Positions 38,582-48,205 of a stretch of DNA of 64,000 nt are shown piece after piece. The notes under the pieces are model-generated. The model was not told where the DNA came from. It did no database searches and saw only the letters and a program-made list of their open reading frames with translations. Every line of letters starts with the position of its first letter. Positions within the stretch are counted from its first letter, which is position 1. The translations under genes and the position numbers were made by a program. Origin of the DNA: Candidatus Bathyarchaeota archaeon (GTDB lineage: Archaea; Thermoproteota; Bathyarchaeia; 40CM-2-53-6); contig CAVTBR010000002.1 in assembly GCA_963733055.1 (NCBI GenBank), positions 471,071-535,070 on the forward strand, given 5' to 3'.

Positions 38582-39505
38582 CTACTTTGGCCTGAACACG
38601 ACCGATATCTCGGTTACTGGATCGATTATTGCCGCCACTACTTCCAGTATCTTGCGACGGAGTTGTTCTGTCTCCGCGATTGTTCTGTGCCCATCGACAA
38701 GCACAGAAATGATTCCGGTCAGGTAGGGACCGGAGGGTCGCAACTTGATAGCCCTTACCTCTTCAACGCCCTCGACAGTCTTCAATGCTCCAGCTAGCAC
38801 TGCGCTCATTTCTGGGCTTTCACAAGCGTCGAGCAGAATCAACGAGGATTCTCGTATTGCAACGTATGCGACTCCAAGAATGTAGATCCCGACGATCATA
38901 CCACCAACAGCGTCGAGCACGTGAACCCCGAGAGAAGCACCAACAATGCTCACGAACACCACGACGGTTCCAGACGCATCCTTGATCGAATTATTTGCAT
39001 TAGCCCTGAGAGAAAGAAGCCCATGCTCTTTCGCGGCCGCCCGCATTTGAAAAGCCCGATACGCGGAGATGGAACCACATATGGCTAAGGTAGCGAGGGC
39101 GAGAATTGGGTATGCGATTGTGGTCGGGTTGAGGAATGTTAGGTAGGCGGTATACATGATGTACACCGCGACTCCGACCGTCGCGAACGACACAACTAGC
39201 GCGGATAGGCTCTCTACTTTATGGTATCCGAAATGGAAACGTGCGTCGGGCCTCCGCCGGGAATAATGCAAACCAACCCACACAATTAGGGATATCACGG
39301 AGTCAGAAAGCGAGTCCACGCCATCCGCTTTCAGCCCAAGACTCCCCGTCCAAAATCCAACAATCAATTCCGCGACGCCTATTCCCAAGAGAGTTAGGAC
39401 TGAGAGTTTCGCAATCTTTTCACCGATGTCGAACGCTCGCGCGGATGAGAATGTCACAAGCTGCTCTGAATATAGGTCACTTATTAAATCGAAGTGAAAG
39501 AGCAC
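38582..39505 (-). CDS. Cation diffusion facilitator (FieF-like) transporter; start uncertain
   Basis: ADGVDSLSD, FHFGYHKVE and LLDA motifs; C-terminal dimerisation domain. Confidence 0.9.
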   Translation of the reverse strand: MLFHFDLISDLYSEQLVTFSSARAFDIGEKIAKLSVLTLLGIGVAELIVGFWTGSLGLKADGVDSLSDSVISLIVWVGLHYSRRRPDARFHFGYHKVESLSALVVSFATVGVAVYIMYTAYLTFLNPTTIAYPILALATLAICGSISAYRAFQMRAAAKEHGLLSLRANANNSIKDASGTVVVFVSIVGASLGVHVLDAVGGMIVGIYILGVAYVAIRESSLILLDACESPEMSAVLAGALKTVEGVEEVRAIKLRPSGPYLTGIISVLVDGHRTIAETEQLRRKILEVVAAIIDPVTEISVVFRPK

Positions 39506-39533
39506 CCGACTTCAGCAAAGAGAGCGCTAGGGT

Positions 39534-40076
39534 ATGGCGGAGAAACGAAGTTCAAGAATCAGGGACTCGCCGTCAGTGCTGATGTCATGCGTGCTGATTA
39601 TTGTTTATTTGATTACGGGGATCGTAGGCGGCAACCTGCTCTCCCTCAACCTCGACGTGTTCTACCCGTTTGCTCAAGTAAATTCAGCCGTCTGGCACGG
39701 TGCGGTATGGATGCTGTTCACTTCGTTGTTCCTTCACGCGAACCCGTCACACCTTGGCGGAAACGTACTCTTTCTCTTGATCTTCGGAACATCCCTCGAA
39801 GAACAAGTCTCAACGAAGAAATGGTTGGTTACTTACTTCGTGAGTGGACTGGCGGGAAATATTGCGTTCCTCTTCCTCGGAGGAGACGCTGTAGGCGTTG
39901 GTGCATCGGGGGCAATATTCGGATTGCTAGCTGCGGCGGGAGGCTGGAAGGGGCTCGTTGGGATGGTCCTATTCATAGGATTGAACCTCTTCGGTGGCGG
40001 CGGTTTTCTTGCCCACGCAGGCGGAATCGTCGCGGGCTTAGTAATACGCCGCTATTGGCTTAGAAGGGGCATGTAG
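39534..40076 (+). CDS. Rhomboid intramembrane serine protease
   Basis: FLHANPSHLGGN, GASGAIFG and AHAGG motifs. Confidence 0.92.
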   Translation: MAEKRSSRIRDSPSVLMSCVLIIVYLITGIVGGNLLSLNLDVFYPFAQVNSAVWHGAVWMLFTSLFLHANPSHLGGNVLFLLIFGTSLEEQVSTKKWLVTYFVSGLAGNIAFLFLGGDAVGVGASGAIFGLLAAAGGWKGLVGMVLFIGLNLFGGGGFLAHAGGIVAGLVIRRYWLRRGM

Positions 40077-40113
40077 CTTTGATTATATACAGAGAAAATC
40101 GAACGGACCAGCC

Positions 40114-41001
40114 ATGAGCTACGAACCCCGCACCCGTGGAATGCGCTCCCGTAGGGCATCCCCGAAGAAAGCTGCCCAAGAAAGAAGACCCAGCCAAGAA
40201 GACGCATTCGCATACCGAGAGGTCATTCCGGTAAACCCACAAGAGATCTTATCAAGAGTAAAGAACGAGCTCGAACACTTGGGATCCCAGCGCTTCGCGC
40301 TGCCACCATTCTACGAACATTTCCAGCGGTGGATGAGTGATGTGGAATCTGTCTTAGCCGACTTCAAGAACTCTGTGCCTGATGCCGCTGACAAAGAATA
40401 CGAGGACACCGTTGGGACGCTAGTGGGTGATATTCGAAGCGAACTCACGAAGAGAATTGACGCCGAAAAAACCCTCTCCAATCAAATTGCTGAATTACAA
40501 ATGCAGCTGTCGAAGTATGAAGTTGAGGTTTCCGATTTAGAGAAGGAGCAAAGAAACCGAACGCATGAAGCGAAGAGGGGCTATGAGAGATCCGTTGGCA
40601 AGATTCGCGGCGAAATCGATGCGCTCGACGCGCAGCGATTGAAACTGCTCGGTGAGAAGCCAACGCTGCTGGACAGGATTCTCGGACGATCTAGAGTCAA
40701 AATTGACGGCAGCTCACATACGCTTCAGAAGAAAAAGCATGACCTGCATGGGAAAGAAGAGAAGCTTAGGCAGCAGCTTGACGGACTGAGGTCCGACTAT
40801 CAGGGAAAGAGAAAGGAGGTCAGCGTCCGCGAGGAGGAGTTGAGGCAGCAGTTGGTTGAACTGAAGAAGAGTACATTGGACGATGGGTTGGAGATTAGAA
40901 GAAATGCCTGTGAACAGATTCGCACAACAGTTGAGGCCGCTCTAAACCGGCTCATGACCCAAAACAATCAAGGTAATCAGGAACAGAGTCCATCATCGTA
41001 A
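40114..41001 (+). CDS. Hypothetical coiled-coil protein
   Basis: 295-aa charged helical ORF. Confidence 0.7.
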   Translation: MSYEPRTRGMRSRRASPKKAAQERRPSQEDAFAYREVIPVNPQEILSRVKNELEHLGSQRFALPPFYEHFQRWMSDVESVLADFKNSVPDAADKEYEDTVGTLVGDIRSELTKRIDAEKTLSNQIAELQMQLSKYEVEVSDLEKEQRNRTHEAKRGYERSVGKIRGEIDALDAQRLKLLGEKPTLLDRILGRSRVKIDGSSHTLQKKKHDLHGKEEKLRQQLDGLRSDYQGKRKEVSVREEELRQQLVELKKSTLDDGLEIRRNACEQIRTTVEAALNRLMTQNNQGNQEQSPSS

Positions 41002-41024
41002 ACGATGAACATTAGAGCAGCGCG

Positions 41025-42245
41025 ATGAGATTGACGGATGTTGGCGTGGATAAACTGGCCGAGTTCTGTCAATCCTTAGAACGCGACGTAATGAAGGACC
41101 ATGAGAAACGCTTCTCTGAAAGAACTAGATCGGTAAAGGAAGCATGCAACGCTCTCGAAAATGCGGCTTCTAAGTTAGAGAGGGCGGTTCGGAACGCCTG
41201 GGGGACGATGGACAAGACAGCCTCGGAATACGGAACCCGCATGTCTGAAACGATCCAAGAAACTGCAAGGAGCTTATCCCGACAACAAACTTCAACAAGC
41301 TACCAGGAGTCGGAGAAGTTTCATGAGAACGCTGTTGAAGCGCTGAACAAAATCATCAAGACCGTCCGCAAATACGTCCCAAAGCTTCGCCGTGGACTCA
41401 GAGTGGAAATGGCAGCGCTCAATGTCGCCCTGGGCAGGTTGGAGTCAGCAGTTCGGTCGTTGGGCACAGCACTCGATGAATCCCCCGGAAATGGGTTCAG
41501 GTTATTGCAGAAAGACGTCGAACTCCTCCCTCAGCTGCACAGTGAGCTGCTCAAGCTTCGGGCGGAGGCTGATGAGCAGACTAAGTCACTTGAGGCCTTG
41601 GAAGGTAGAGAGAAAGAGCTACTGGTGGCTAAAGAGAAGGTTGCTTCTGAGGAAGCATTTCGTGAGTTGGATGGCTACGAGAACTCGCTAAGAACCAAGG
41701 GGGACGACATAAAGCAGTTCTTCCAGCCCGTCGTCAAACCACTTACAAAACTCGAGAGAGCGACCTCCGCCGACCGGAACAAGACGGTGGATGTTGGAAC
41801 GCTGCATAGCCTGATAGATAATCCGATAGATACGGTCGCGGCGGGACAATCCTTCGCCCTCGCTAGATTGCTTGACCAGTTAGGCAATGAATTGGCGACT
41901 GGAGATCTCGATATAGAGGAACGGCGGCTACGCAGGGCAGAAGAGACGATACAACAATTCAAGGGGGGCGTTGTCGACAAGATGCGTGAAGAGTACTTGG
42001 CAATTCAAGCGAACGTACAGGAAACACGACGCCAACTGAAGGGGTCAGGGCTTTTGGATAGAATGGAACAGTTGGACCAATCTTTGGCTGGGGTTCGCCG
42101 CGAGAAGGAAAACCTAACCGCGCATAATTCAGAATTGCACCGACGAATCGATACACTAACCAAGAACGTTCTCAAACACAAAACCTCCATAGAACACCAG
42201 ATCGCTGAAATCACGAAAAAGACCGTAACAATCGAAGCCAACTAG
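41025..42245 (+). CDS. Hypothetical long coiled-coil protein
   Basis: 406-aa heptad-rich ORF 23 nt after the previous gene. Confidence 0.7.
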   Translation: MRLTDVGVDKLAEFCQSLERDVMKDHEKRFSERTRSVKEACNALENAASKLERAVRNAWGTMDKTASEYGTRMSETIQETARSLSRQQTSTSYQESEKFHENAVEALNKIIKTVRKYVPKLRRGLRVEMAALNVALGRLESAVRSLGTALDESPGNGFRLLQKDVELLPQLHSELLKLRAEADEQTKSLEALEGREKELLVAKEKVASEEAFRELDGYENSLRTKGDDIKQFFQPVVKPLTKLERATSADRNKTVDVGTLHSLIDNPIDTVAAGQSFALARLLDQLGNELATGDLDIEERRLRRAEETIQQFKGGVVDKMREEYLAIQANVQETRRQLKGSGLLDRMEQLDQSLAGVRREKENLTAHNSELHRRIDTLTKNVLKHKTSIEHQIAEITKKTVTIEAN

Positions 42246-42329
42246 CAGCTCTGCATTGCAAACCGTCTAGAGTGATAGACTGTTTTTATGAATGCTAGAC
42301 CGTTCTAGCCGTAATCGGAGGGATATACC

Positions 42330-43187
42330 TTGCAGGAGGGAAGAGGAGGATTTGTCGACATGCACGTACACCCTCCAACTAAGGAGTTTCTCGTAGATTC
42401 GGGCGGTCCACAAGTCGCCGCCGCTGCAAAGAAATTTGGGCACGACATAAAACTGAAGACGATTGAGGAAATGCTCGAAGAATACTCGAAATGCGGAGTT
42501 GAGAAACTCGTGCTCTTCGCATGGGACGCGGAAACTGCAAGCCACCGGCCAAGGGTTACGAATGAATTCGTGGCAAAGATCTCGGAAAAGTTTCCGGATC
42601 AGATCATAGGGTTCGCTTCAGTTGACCCGCACAAGAAGTCCGCTGTCAAAGACCTCGAGAACGCGATCCGGGACTTGAAGCTCCGCGGATTAAAATTGCA
42701 TCCTCAGGCGCAGGCATTTGAACCAAATGACCGCAAGTATTATCCCATTTACTCGAAATGTGTCGAACTGAAGATTCCCGTAACTTTCCATACGGGCTCG
42801 ACGTACTGGGGTGCTGGACTCGCGGGCGGTGGGGGATTAAAACTGCGTCTTTCGGATCCTATGCTTTTGGATGATGTGGCTGCTGATTTTCCAGAGCTAA
42901 CCCTCATTATGGCCCATCCTGGTTGGCCGTGGCAGGATGAGCAGCTTGCGATCGCTATGCACAAGGAGAACGCGTACATCGACCTTTCAGGCTGGTCACC
43001 GAAATACTTCCAGCCGCTCCTGGTGACTTACATGTCGAAACTGATTCCGCACAAATTTCTGTTCGGAACCGATTACCCCATGTTGAGCCCGAGCAGGTGG
43101 CTTCAGGACTTCGATACTTTACCACTCAAACCTGAAGTGAAAACAATGGTTCTCTCGGGGAACGCCAGAAAATTGCTGGGCATCTAA
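42330..43187 (+). CDS. Amidohydrolase_2 family metal-dependent hydrolase
   Basis: DMHVH, GLKLHP, FHTG, AHPG and FGTDYP motifs. Confidence 0.92.
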   Translation: MQEGRGGFVDMHVHPPTKEFLVDSGGPQVAAAAKKFGHDIKLKTIEEMLEEYSKCGVEKLVLFAWDAETASHRPRVTNEFVAKISEKFPDQIIGFASVDPHKKSAVKDLENAIRDLKLRGLKLHPQAQAFEPNDRKYYPIYSKCVELKIPVTFHTGSTYWGAGLAGGGGLKLRLSDPMLLDDVAADFPELTLIMAHPGWPWQDEQLAIAMHKENAYIDLSGWSPKYFQPLLVTYMSKLIPHKFLFGTDYPMLSPSRWLQDFDTLPLKPEVKTMVLSGNARKLLGI

Positions 43188-44518
43188 CGAGCGGGTACGT
43201 ACAGCTCCGGCGTTTGGCTATCCAGTTTGAGGACGGAACGGTATGCGTCTATGTCTAAGAACCCATGCCCACTTATGTTGATCAGTATACACTTCTCTTC
43301 GCCCTTAGATTCGGCGGCCTTCGCCTCATCGATCGCGGCGCAAACCGCATGCGCGGACTCCCCTGCAATCAACCATCCTTCGGATTCGAGGAAGAGTTTG
43401 GCGGCGTTGAATACCGAGACCTCATCAGTTGGGTAAGCTACGGCCCTGATGTGCCCGCTGTGTCTCAGCGAGCTTATGATGGGGGCTGCTGCGTGGTATC
43501 TGAGGCCGTCTGATCGTATGGGCTTCATCTCTGCCGTGTGACCGAGTGTGTACATCATTAGGAGCGGTGTGTGGCCGGCCGAGTCGCCGTAATCGTATTC
43601 GTATTTTCCCTTGATCAGGTTAGGTGCGGCTTCGGATTGAGCGGCTAGGAATTCACATTTTCTCTTGCCAGCAAGTACTTCGCCCATGAATGGGAGTGCG
43701 ATACCGCCGAAGTTTGATCCTCCTCCCAGGCAACCCACGATTAGGTCTGGCGAGTCGTCGATGTGCTCGAACTGTTTGATTGCTTCTAACCCTATGATTG
43801 ATTGGTGGATGAGGACGTGGTTTAGGACGGAGCCAAGGCAGTAAACTCTCTCAGGTGAACCGTCTGTATACTCAAGCCCCTCCGATACTGCAATACCGAG
43901 TGATCCGGGATGTTTGGGATTCTTAGCCATCAGCTGTTTGCCAAATGCTGTTTCCGCGCTTGGTGAGGCGAACACTTTTGCCCCGTACATCTGCATAAGC
44001 GCCCTACGTTCGTTCTTCCAATCATATACAGCACGAACCCAGAAAACAACAGTCGAGAGGCCCATCAGGCATGCTGCGTAGGCTAGCGCGGTTCCCCACT
44101 GCCCCGCCCCCGTCTCCGTTACGAGAACCTTCTTCCCCTCCTTAGCCGCGTAGTAGGCTTGCGGTAACGCCGTGTTTACTTTGTGTGAACCGGTCGGGCT
44201 CAAGTCCTCTCTCTTATAGTAGATGCGAACCTTCCTCAACCCCAGCCTTCTCTCGAGCCTGTAGGCTCTGTAAAGTGGACGGGGCCTCCCGGCCTGAACG
44301 TATAGTTCTCGAACTCCGTCTGGTATGTCGATCCAACGTGCATCGGACATTTCTTGCCGAAGGCATTCTCCTACCATCCTCCGCCCCAAGGATGCCATAC
44401 GCGATTCACCATCACCCGGTTCTTTGGGCGGTGGAAGTTTCACGGGAAGATCGGGCACTATGTTGTACCATTTATCTGGAAGCTCATCTATCGGGAGCCC
44501 GATTTGGGCTGGCTTCAA
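43184..44518 (-). CDS. trpB2: Tryptophan synthase beta chain type 2 (TrpB2-like PLP enzyme)
   Basis: WYNIVPDLP, SPTGSHKVNTA, TETGAGQWG, GGGSNF and SGHGFLD motifs. Confidence 0.92.
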   Translation of the reverse strand: MKPAQIGLPIDELPDKWYNIVPDLPVKLPPPKEPGDGESRMASLGRRMVGECLRQEMSDARWIDIPDGVRELYVQAGRPRPLYRAYRLERRLGLRKVRIYYKREDLSPTGSHKVNTALPQAYYAAKEGKKVLVTETGAGQWGTALAYAACLMGLSTVVFWVRAVYDWKNERRALMQMYGAKVFASPSAETAFGKQLMAKNPKHPGSLGIAVSEGLEYTDGSPERVYCLGSVLNHVLIHQSIIGLEAIKQFEHIDDSPDLIVGCLGGGSNFGGIALPFMGEVLAGKRKCEFLAAQSEAAPNLIKGKYEYDYGDSAGHTPLLMMYTLGHTAEMKPIRSDGLRYHAAAPIISSLRHSGHIRAVAYPTDEVSVFNAAKLFLESEGWLIAGESAHAVCAAIDEAKAAESKGEEKCILINISGHGFLDIDAYRSVLKLDSQTPELYVPAR

Positions 44519-44694
44519 ATCAGTTCCCTACTTTCTCTTGATGGCGTGCGAGAGAATGGGACGACGAGAGCACCGATGATGAGTGGCCAGAAGTGGGAGT
44601 GCATTTGATTCGATTTGATTTCGAGAGAAATCGAGCTTTAAGGGTTCCCGGTGAGATTCTGCCACGATAAGCGGTGAAGTTAGAGCTACAAAAT

Positions 44695-45411
44695 TCAGCG
44701 TACAGGCGGATAGTCTGAGTGGCTCCGATTGAGCAGTAGGGTTGAGAAACCGTTCATGATGTAGAGGCCGGCGATGTAGATTCGACCGTATTTCCTAAAC
44801 CTTCTCGCGGAGGTCAGCGCTGACATGTGCCGATCGAACCTGATTTTGCCATACCGACGTATTTTATGTGCCAGTTTAATGTCCTCTGACATGACGTTCT
44901 CCTCATCGAAGCCTCCGACCTGCAGAAACGGGGCGCGGCGGTAGGCGCAATTGAACCCGATCACGTGAGGCATCTCAAAGTGCAGAAGAATTCTTTGGAG
45001 ATAAATCGTCCACAAACGATAGGTTATGATATCGTAAAGCTGACCATCATAAGGCAGCGTGGGCCCAGTAACTCCCACCGCCGTCGAGGACTCATGAAAC
45101 GCACGTGTGATAGCTTCTAGCCAATGCGGGTTGGCGATGGTGTCCGCGTCGATAAACGCGAGTATCTCACCCCGCGCTTTTTGGGCCCCAGCGTTTCTGG
45201 CCGCCCCAACTCTCATATTCGGTTCGATCAACACCCGGTCAGCGTAACTCTCAGCGACGCTCACAGTGTGATCCGTGCTGCCTCCGTCGACAACTATGAT
45301 TTCGAATGACCCCTGCCAAGACTGATTGACTAACGCGTCAAGACACTTGGCGAGGTACTTTTCTTCATTCCATGTCGGAATTATTACTGAAACGTCGGTC
45401 GTCGCAACCAT
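44695..45411 (-). CDS. Family 2 glycosyltransferase
   Basis: VSVIIPTWNEE, VDGGSTD, FIDAD and SED motifs. Confidence 0.92.
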   Translation of the reverse strand: MVATTDVSVIIPTWNEEKYLAKCLDALVNQSWQGSFEIIVVDGGSTDHTVSVAESYADRVLIEPNMRVGAARNAGAQKARGEILAFIDADTIANPHWLEAITRAFHESSTAVGVTGPTLPYDGQLYDIITYRLWTIYLQRILLHFEMPHVIGFNCAYRRAPFLQVGGFDEENVMSEDIKLAHKIRRYGKIRFDRHMSALTSARRFRKYGRIYIAGLYIMNGFSTLLLNRSHSDYPPVR

Positions 45412-45727
45412 GAGGAGAAACTTTAGCCTGATTCCGACCGCGATTCGGGCGCGGCCTCATCTCCCCCGTAACCCAATCACTCTTAGCAAGAATTTGAGTT
45501 GAAAAGTTCTGCAGAAGATCCAATTGACTTCGCAGAAGAACCAGGCCATCCACGCGAAGGCTCGGGTCGAGCAACTGTGGGAATCTTCCGACCACAGCGA
45601 TAATGAGAGCGGAAAGGTCTGGTGACCTCAAGATCCAGGCGAGAACGGCTCCTAACATTACAAACGCGAGTCCGACGGCCGGCGCGGCGGTCCGGTTCGC
45701 AGCCGAATCACTACGTCGATTGCCCAT
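45365..45727 (-). CDS. Possible small membrane protein
   Basis: Hydrophobic N-terminal segment; overlaps the GT2 start, so uncertain. Confidence 0.3.
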   Translation of the reverse strand: MGNRRSDSAANRTAAPAVGLAFVMLGAVLAWILRSPDLSALIIAVVGRFPQLLDPSLRVDGLVLLRSQLDLLQNFSTQILAKSDWVTGEMRPRPNRGRNQAKVSPHGCDDRRFSNNSDME

Positions 45728-45856
45728 GCTATCTTTGCACCCGCGTTTTTCGGAATGGTCAACCGATGCGTGTTAGTTGGCTAAAAAGAGTTGCTGCTCC
45801 GGAAACGGGCAGCGTTGAGAGTGGATGGGTTAAGTCTAGGTCAGCTGATGTTTGAG

Positions 45857-46624
45857 CTAGACGATTTGCAGGTTCCCATCGCCGAGAAATGAAATTGGTG
45901 GTAAGTAGCTGTCGTCGAGTGAACTCACATACTCGTAGTTGTAGATAGTCTTTGCAATCGAGTCCCTTACGGTGCTTCTCGTCGTCAGGTAATCAACCAA
46001 CGATTTTGTGACCCAGTCAAAAAGGCTGAGGGGAGCGGTTAGGGGTCTGTAAAAGTCGATGGTTGTTTTGACGCCTGCGTTTACGAGGATCTGGGCTATC
46101 GTGAAGGACATGCTTGAGATTAGAATGGCGAGTTTGAGGTGCGACAATGATTTCGGTCCGTAGTTGTTGGTGAAGAAGTTGGCGCTGACACCGAGCACGC
46201 CGGTTGACGCATCGAGCGTTCCAATGGATATCGATTTCGCGTAAGCGGCCGCGGTTGTTTGATTACCGGGTTGGCCTAGATACCAGTAAGTCGTGTTGCC
46301 GTGCACGTACATGTCCGTTCGCCAAATCAGAACGTCATATTTGTCGAGTTGAGTTGTAACGAAATTAACTGTTACTGCCGCATCTTTGAGGAATGTAACG
46401 TTGTACCCCGCCTGGGTTAGCTCCTTCGTGATATCGACCATGTACTGCATAGGGAATTGCTTCTCAACCGACGAGAGGATGAGGGCCTTCGGTTGCATTT
46501 TGGGGGCAATAGCCATGCTTCCATGCAGCGGAACGAGTACAGTCAGCGCTAGGAGTGCAAACAGCAGTACCTTTTGCATACGAACATCTTCAAACCCCAT
46601 CCCAGCTCCGATGTGGAAAACCAT
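45857..46624 (-). CDS. Secreted hypothetical protein (start probably near 46579)
   Basis: Signal-peptide-like MQKVLLFALLALTVLVPL; ends FLGDGNLQIV. Confidence 0.7.
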   Translation of the reverse strand: MVFHIGAGMGFEDVRMQKVLLFALLALTVLVPLHGSMAIAPKMQPKALILSSVEKQFPMQYMVDITKELTQAGYNVTFLKDAAVTVNFVTTQLDKYDVLIWRTDMYVHGNTTYWYLGQPGNQTTAAAYAKSISIGTLDASTGVLGVSANFFTNNYGPKSLSHLKLAILISSMSFTIAQILVNAGVKTTIDFYRPLTAPLSLFDWVTKSLVDYLTTRSTVRDSIAKTIYNYEYVSSLDDSYLPPISFLGDGNLQIV

Positions 46625-46814
46625 TCATGACAAAGTAGAGTAAAACCTGACACAGAAACATGTGCAAAGTTATTTTGAAGAATGCCACGTAGCCGCAGAT
46701 TAGCCAGCTAGCTTGGCGAATGACTGGGTAAGCTAGATCGTGATCTTCGCTTAATTCGAAGTCGACCCACACACAAAGGCAAGACTCAAAAGCCATACGG
46801 ACTAAGGGGGCTGC

Positions 46815-47258
46815 ATGGTCTCTGAAGTTCTTAATCTCGAATTGAGTATTCGGAAGTCTCCCGAAGCGGTTCGTGCTTGGTGGACTGATCTTCCGGAAGA
46901 CTATCAAGCGAAGGACCCGCGGGAACAACCATACCGAATCGTCACTACTCGTCGCTTACCGAACGGGCGCGAGCTTCGTACTTATTGGCGAATGCCGGAC
47001 GGCTCAGCATTTGATTTTCAGGAGATACTTTTCTTGAAATCGGATGGAAGTTGGACCTTCGAAATCCCAAGCGGCATGGGTTTCCACATTCTAGACGAAT
47101 TCCGAACCGAATCCGTTCCAACCGGCACCAAACTCATTATTCGAAGTACTCTGACTCCGCTGGACCCTTCCGCTGCCAGGCGTATTTCTGCACAGAAGGA
47201 GCTTATGTCTCAGGGTTGGAAGGGCGCAGCAGAAATTTGCGAACATGATGCAACATAA
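46815..47258 (+). CDS. SRPBCC-like hypothetical protein
   Basis: IRKSPEAVRAWWTD start and C-terminal helix QGW. Confidence 0.65.
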   Translation: MVSEVLNLELSIRKSPEAVRAWWTDLPEDYQAKDPREQPYRIVTTRRLPNGRELRTYWRMPDGSAFDFQEILFLKSDGSWTFEIPSGMGFHILDEFRTESVPTGTKLIIRSTLTPLDPSAARRISAQKELMSQGWKGAAEICEHDAT

Positions 47259-47338
47259 GTTACGCGATCGGGGACATGCCGACTAGTACGACATGTACGT
47301 CCCATTCAACTTAGATCGAAGCAACCGCGCTGATATGC

Positions 47339-48070
47339 TTGCCAAAGCCTTCGGGATCAGAGGCTGTTGAAGTAAGAAAGCTCGATCTACCTATTCTTTC
47401 CGAGATTTTCGGCAGCATCCCTTACGGAAGAGTGATACTTGCTTTGTACGATCCTGATAGCCAGTACAGCTCATTGATGATCAACATTGCAGCAGGACAT
47501 TTGAAAAGTGGTGGGGACCTACTCTACTTGCACTCATCTAGGCCCACGGTCGAAATCAGGAAGGAATTCAACGATCTTGGAGTGAACATCGCGGAATACG
47601 AGGCGAGAGACAATGCAGTTCTCTTTGACGTTTATTCCGGGCTAATGGGTGTGAAGTCATCTGAGAAATATCAATACACAACTTCGAACCTCAACGAACG
47701 ATCCATTACCATAGGTCAGTCGGCACCCCAATGGCCCGCAGGAACGTTGGTGTTTGTAGAATCCTTCTCGAGCTTGGCGGTTGATCAGGATAAGGTATTT
47801 GCGAAATTCTCGAGAAAGGTCATGGGAGTATGGAGGGCTCAGGGAACCGTCATGATCCTTGGTCTGGCAGTTGACATACACACGCCCGAATTTTATCAGG
47901 AAATGAAGCTGGCGTCAGATGGAGTAATCGAAATCAAACTGAAGGAACACCGCGTAGAGGTCATCAACACAATCAGGGCAAGATCAATGAAGGGCCAGAG
48001 CTCTGACACGAGATGGAGACAGATTCTTTTCGACAGTAGAATGAAAGCTTCACTCCGATTGCTCGAATAA
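47339..48070 (+). CDS. KaiC/RAD55-like protein lacking a Walker A motif
   Basis: GSIPYGRVILALYDPDSQY replaces GxxGxGKT; ASDGVIEI and RARSMKG C-terminal motifs. Confidence 0.75.
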   Translation: MPKPSGSEAVEVRKLDLPILSEIFGSIPYGRVILALYDPDSQYSSLMINIAAGHLKSGGDLLYLHSSRPTVEIRKEFNDLGVNIAEYEARDNAVLFDVYSGLMGVKSSEKYQYTTSNLNERSITIGQSAPQWPAGTLVFVESFSSLAVDQDKVFAKFSRKVMGVWRAQGTVMILGLAVDIHTPEFYQEMKLASDGVIEIKLKEHRVEVINTIRARSMKGQSSDTRWRQILFDSRMKASLRLLE

Positions 48071-48090
48071 CAACTATACGCGTTTCCTTT

Positions 48091-48120
48091 GTGTGTGGTC
48101 TAATGGTGCGCACCTACACC
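48091..48120 (-). repeat. Family-1 palindromic element, copy 1
   Basis: Reverse complement GGTGTAGGTGCGCACCATTAGACCACACAC, 20 nt after the stop at 48070. Confidence 0.8.
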
Positions 48121-48205
48121 AAAACGGACCGGTACAACGCCGGGTTACTGTGTTGATCGGAACGACGACTGGCCAAGCGGAGTTGCAGTTAAAGCCGGAA
48201 GCGTT

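Noticed and set aside
39494-40063. 189-aa Arg-rich ORF
   Set aside because: Alternate frame over the rhomboid gene, which carries the catalytic motifs.
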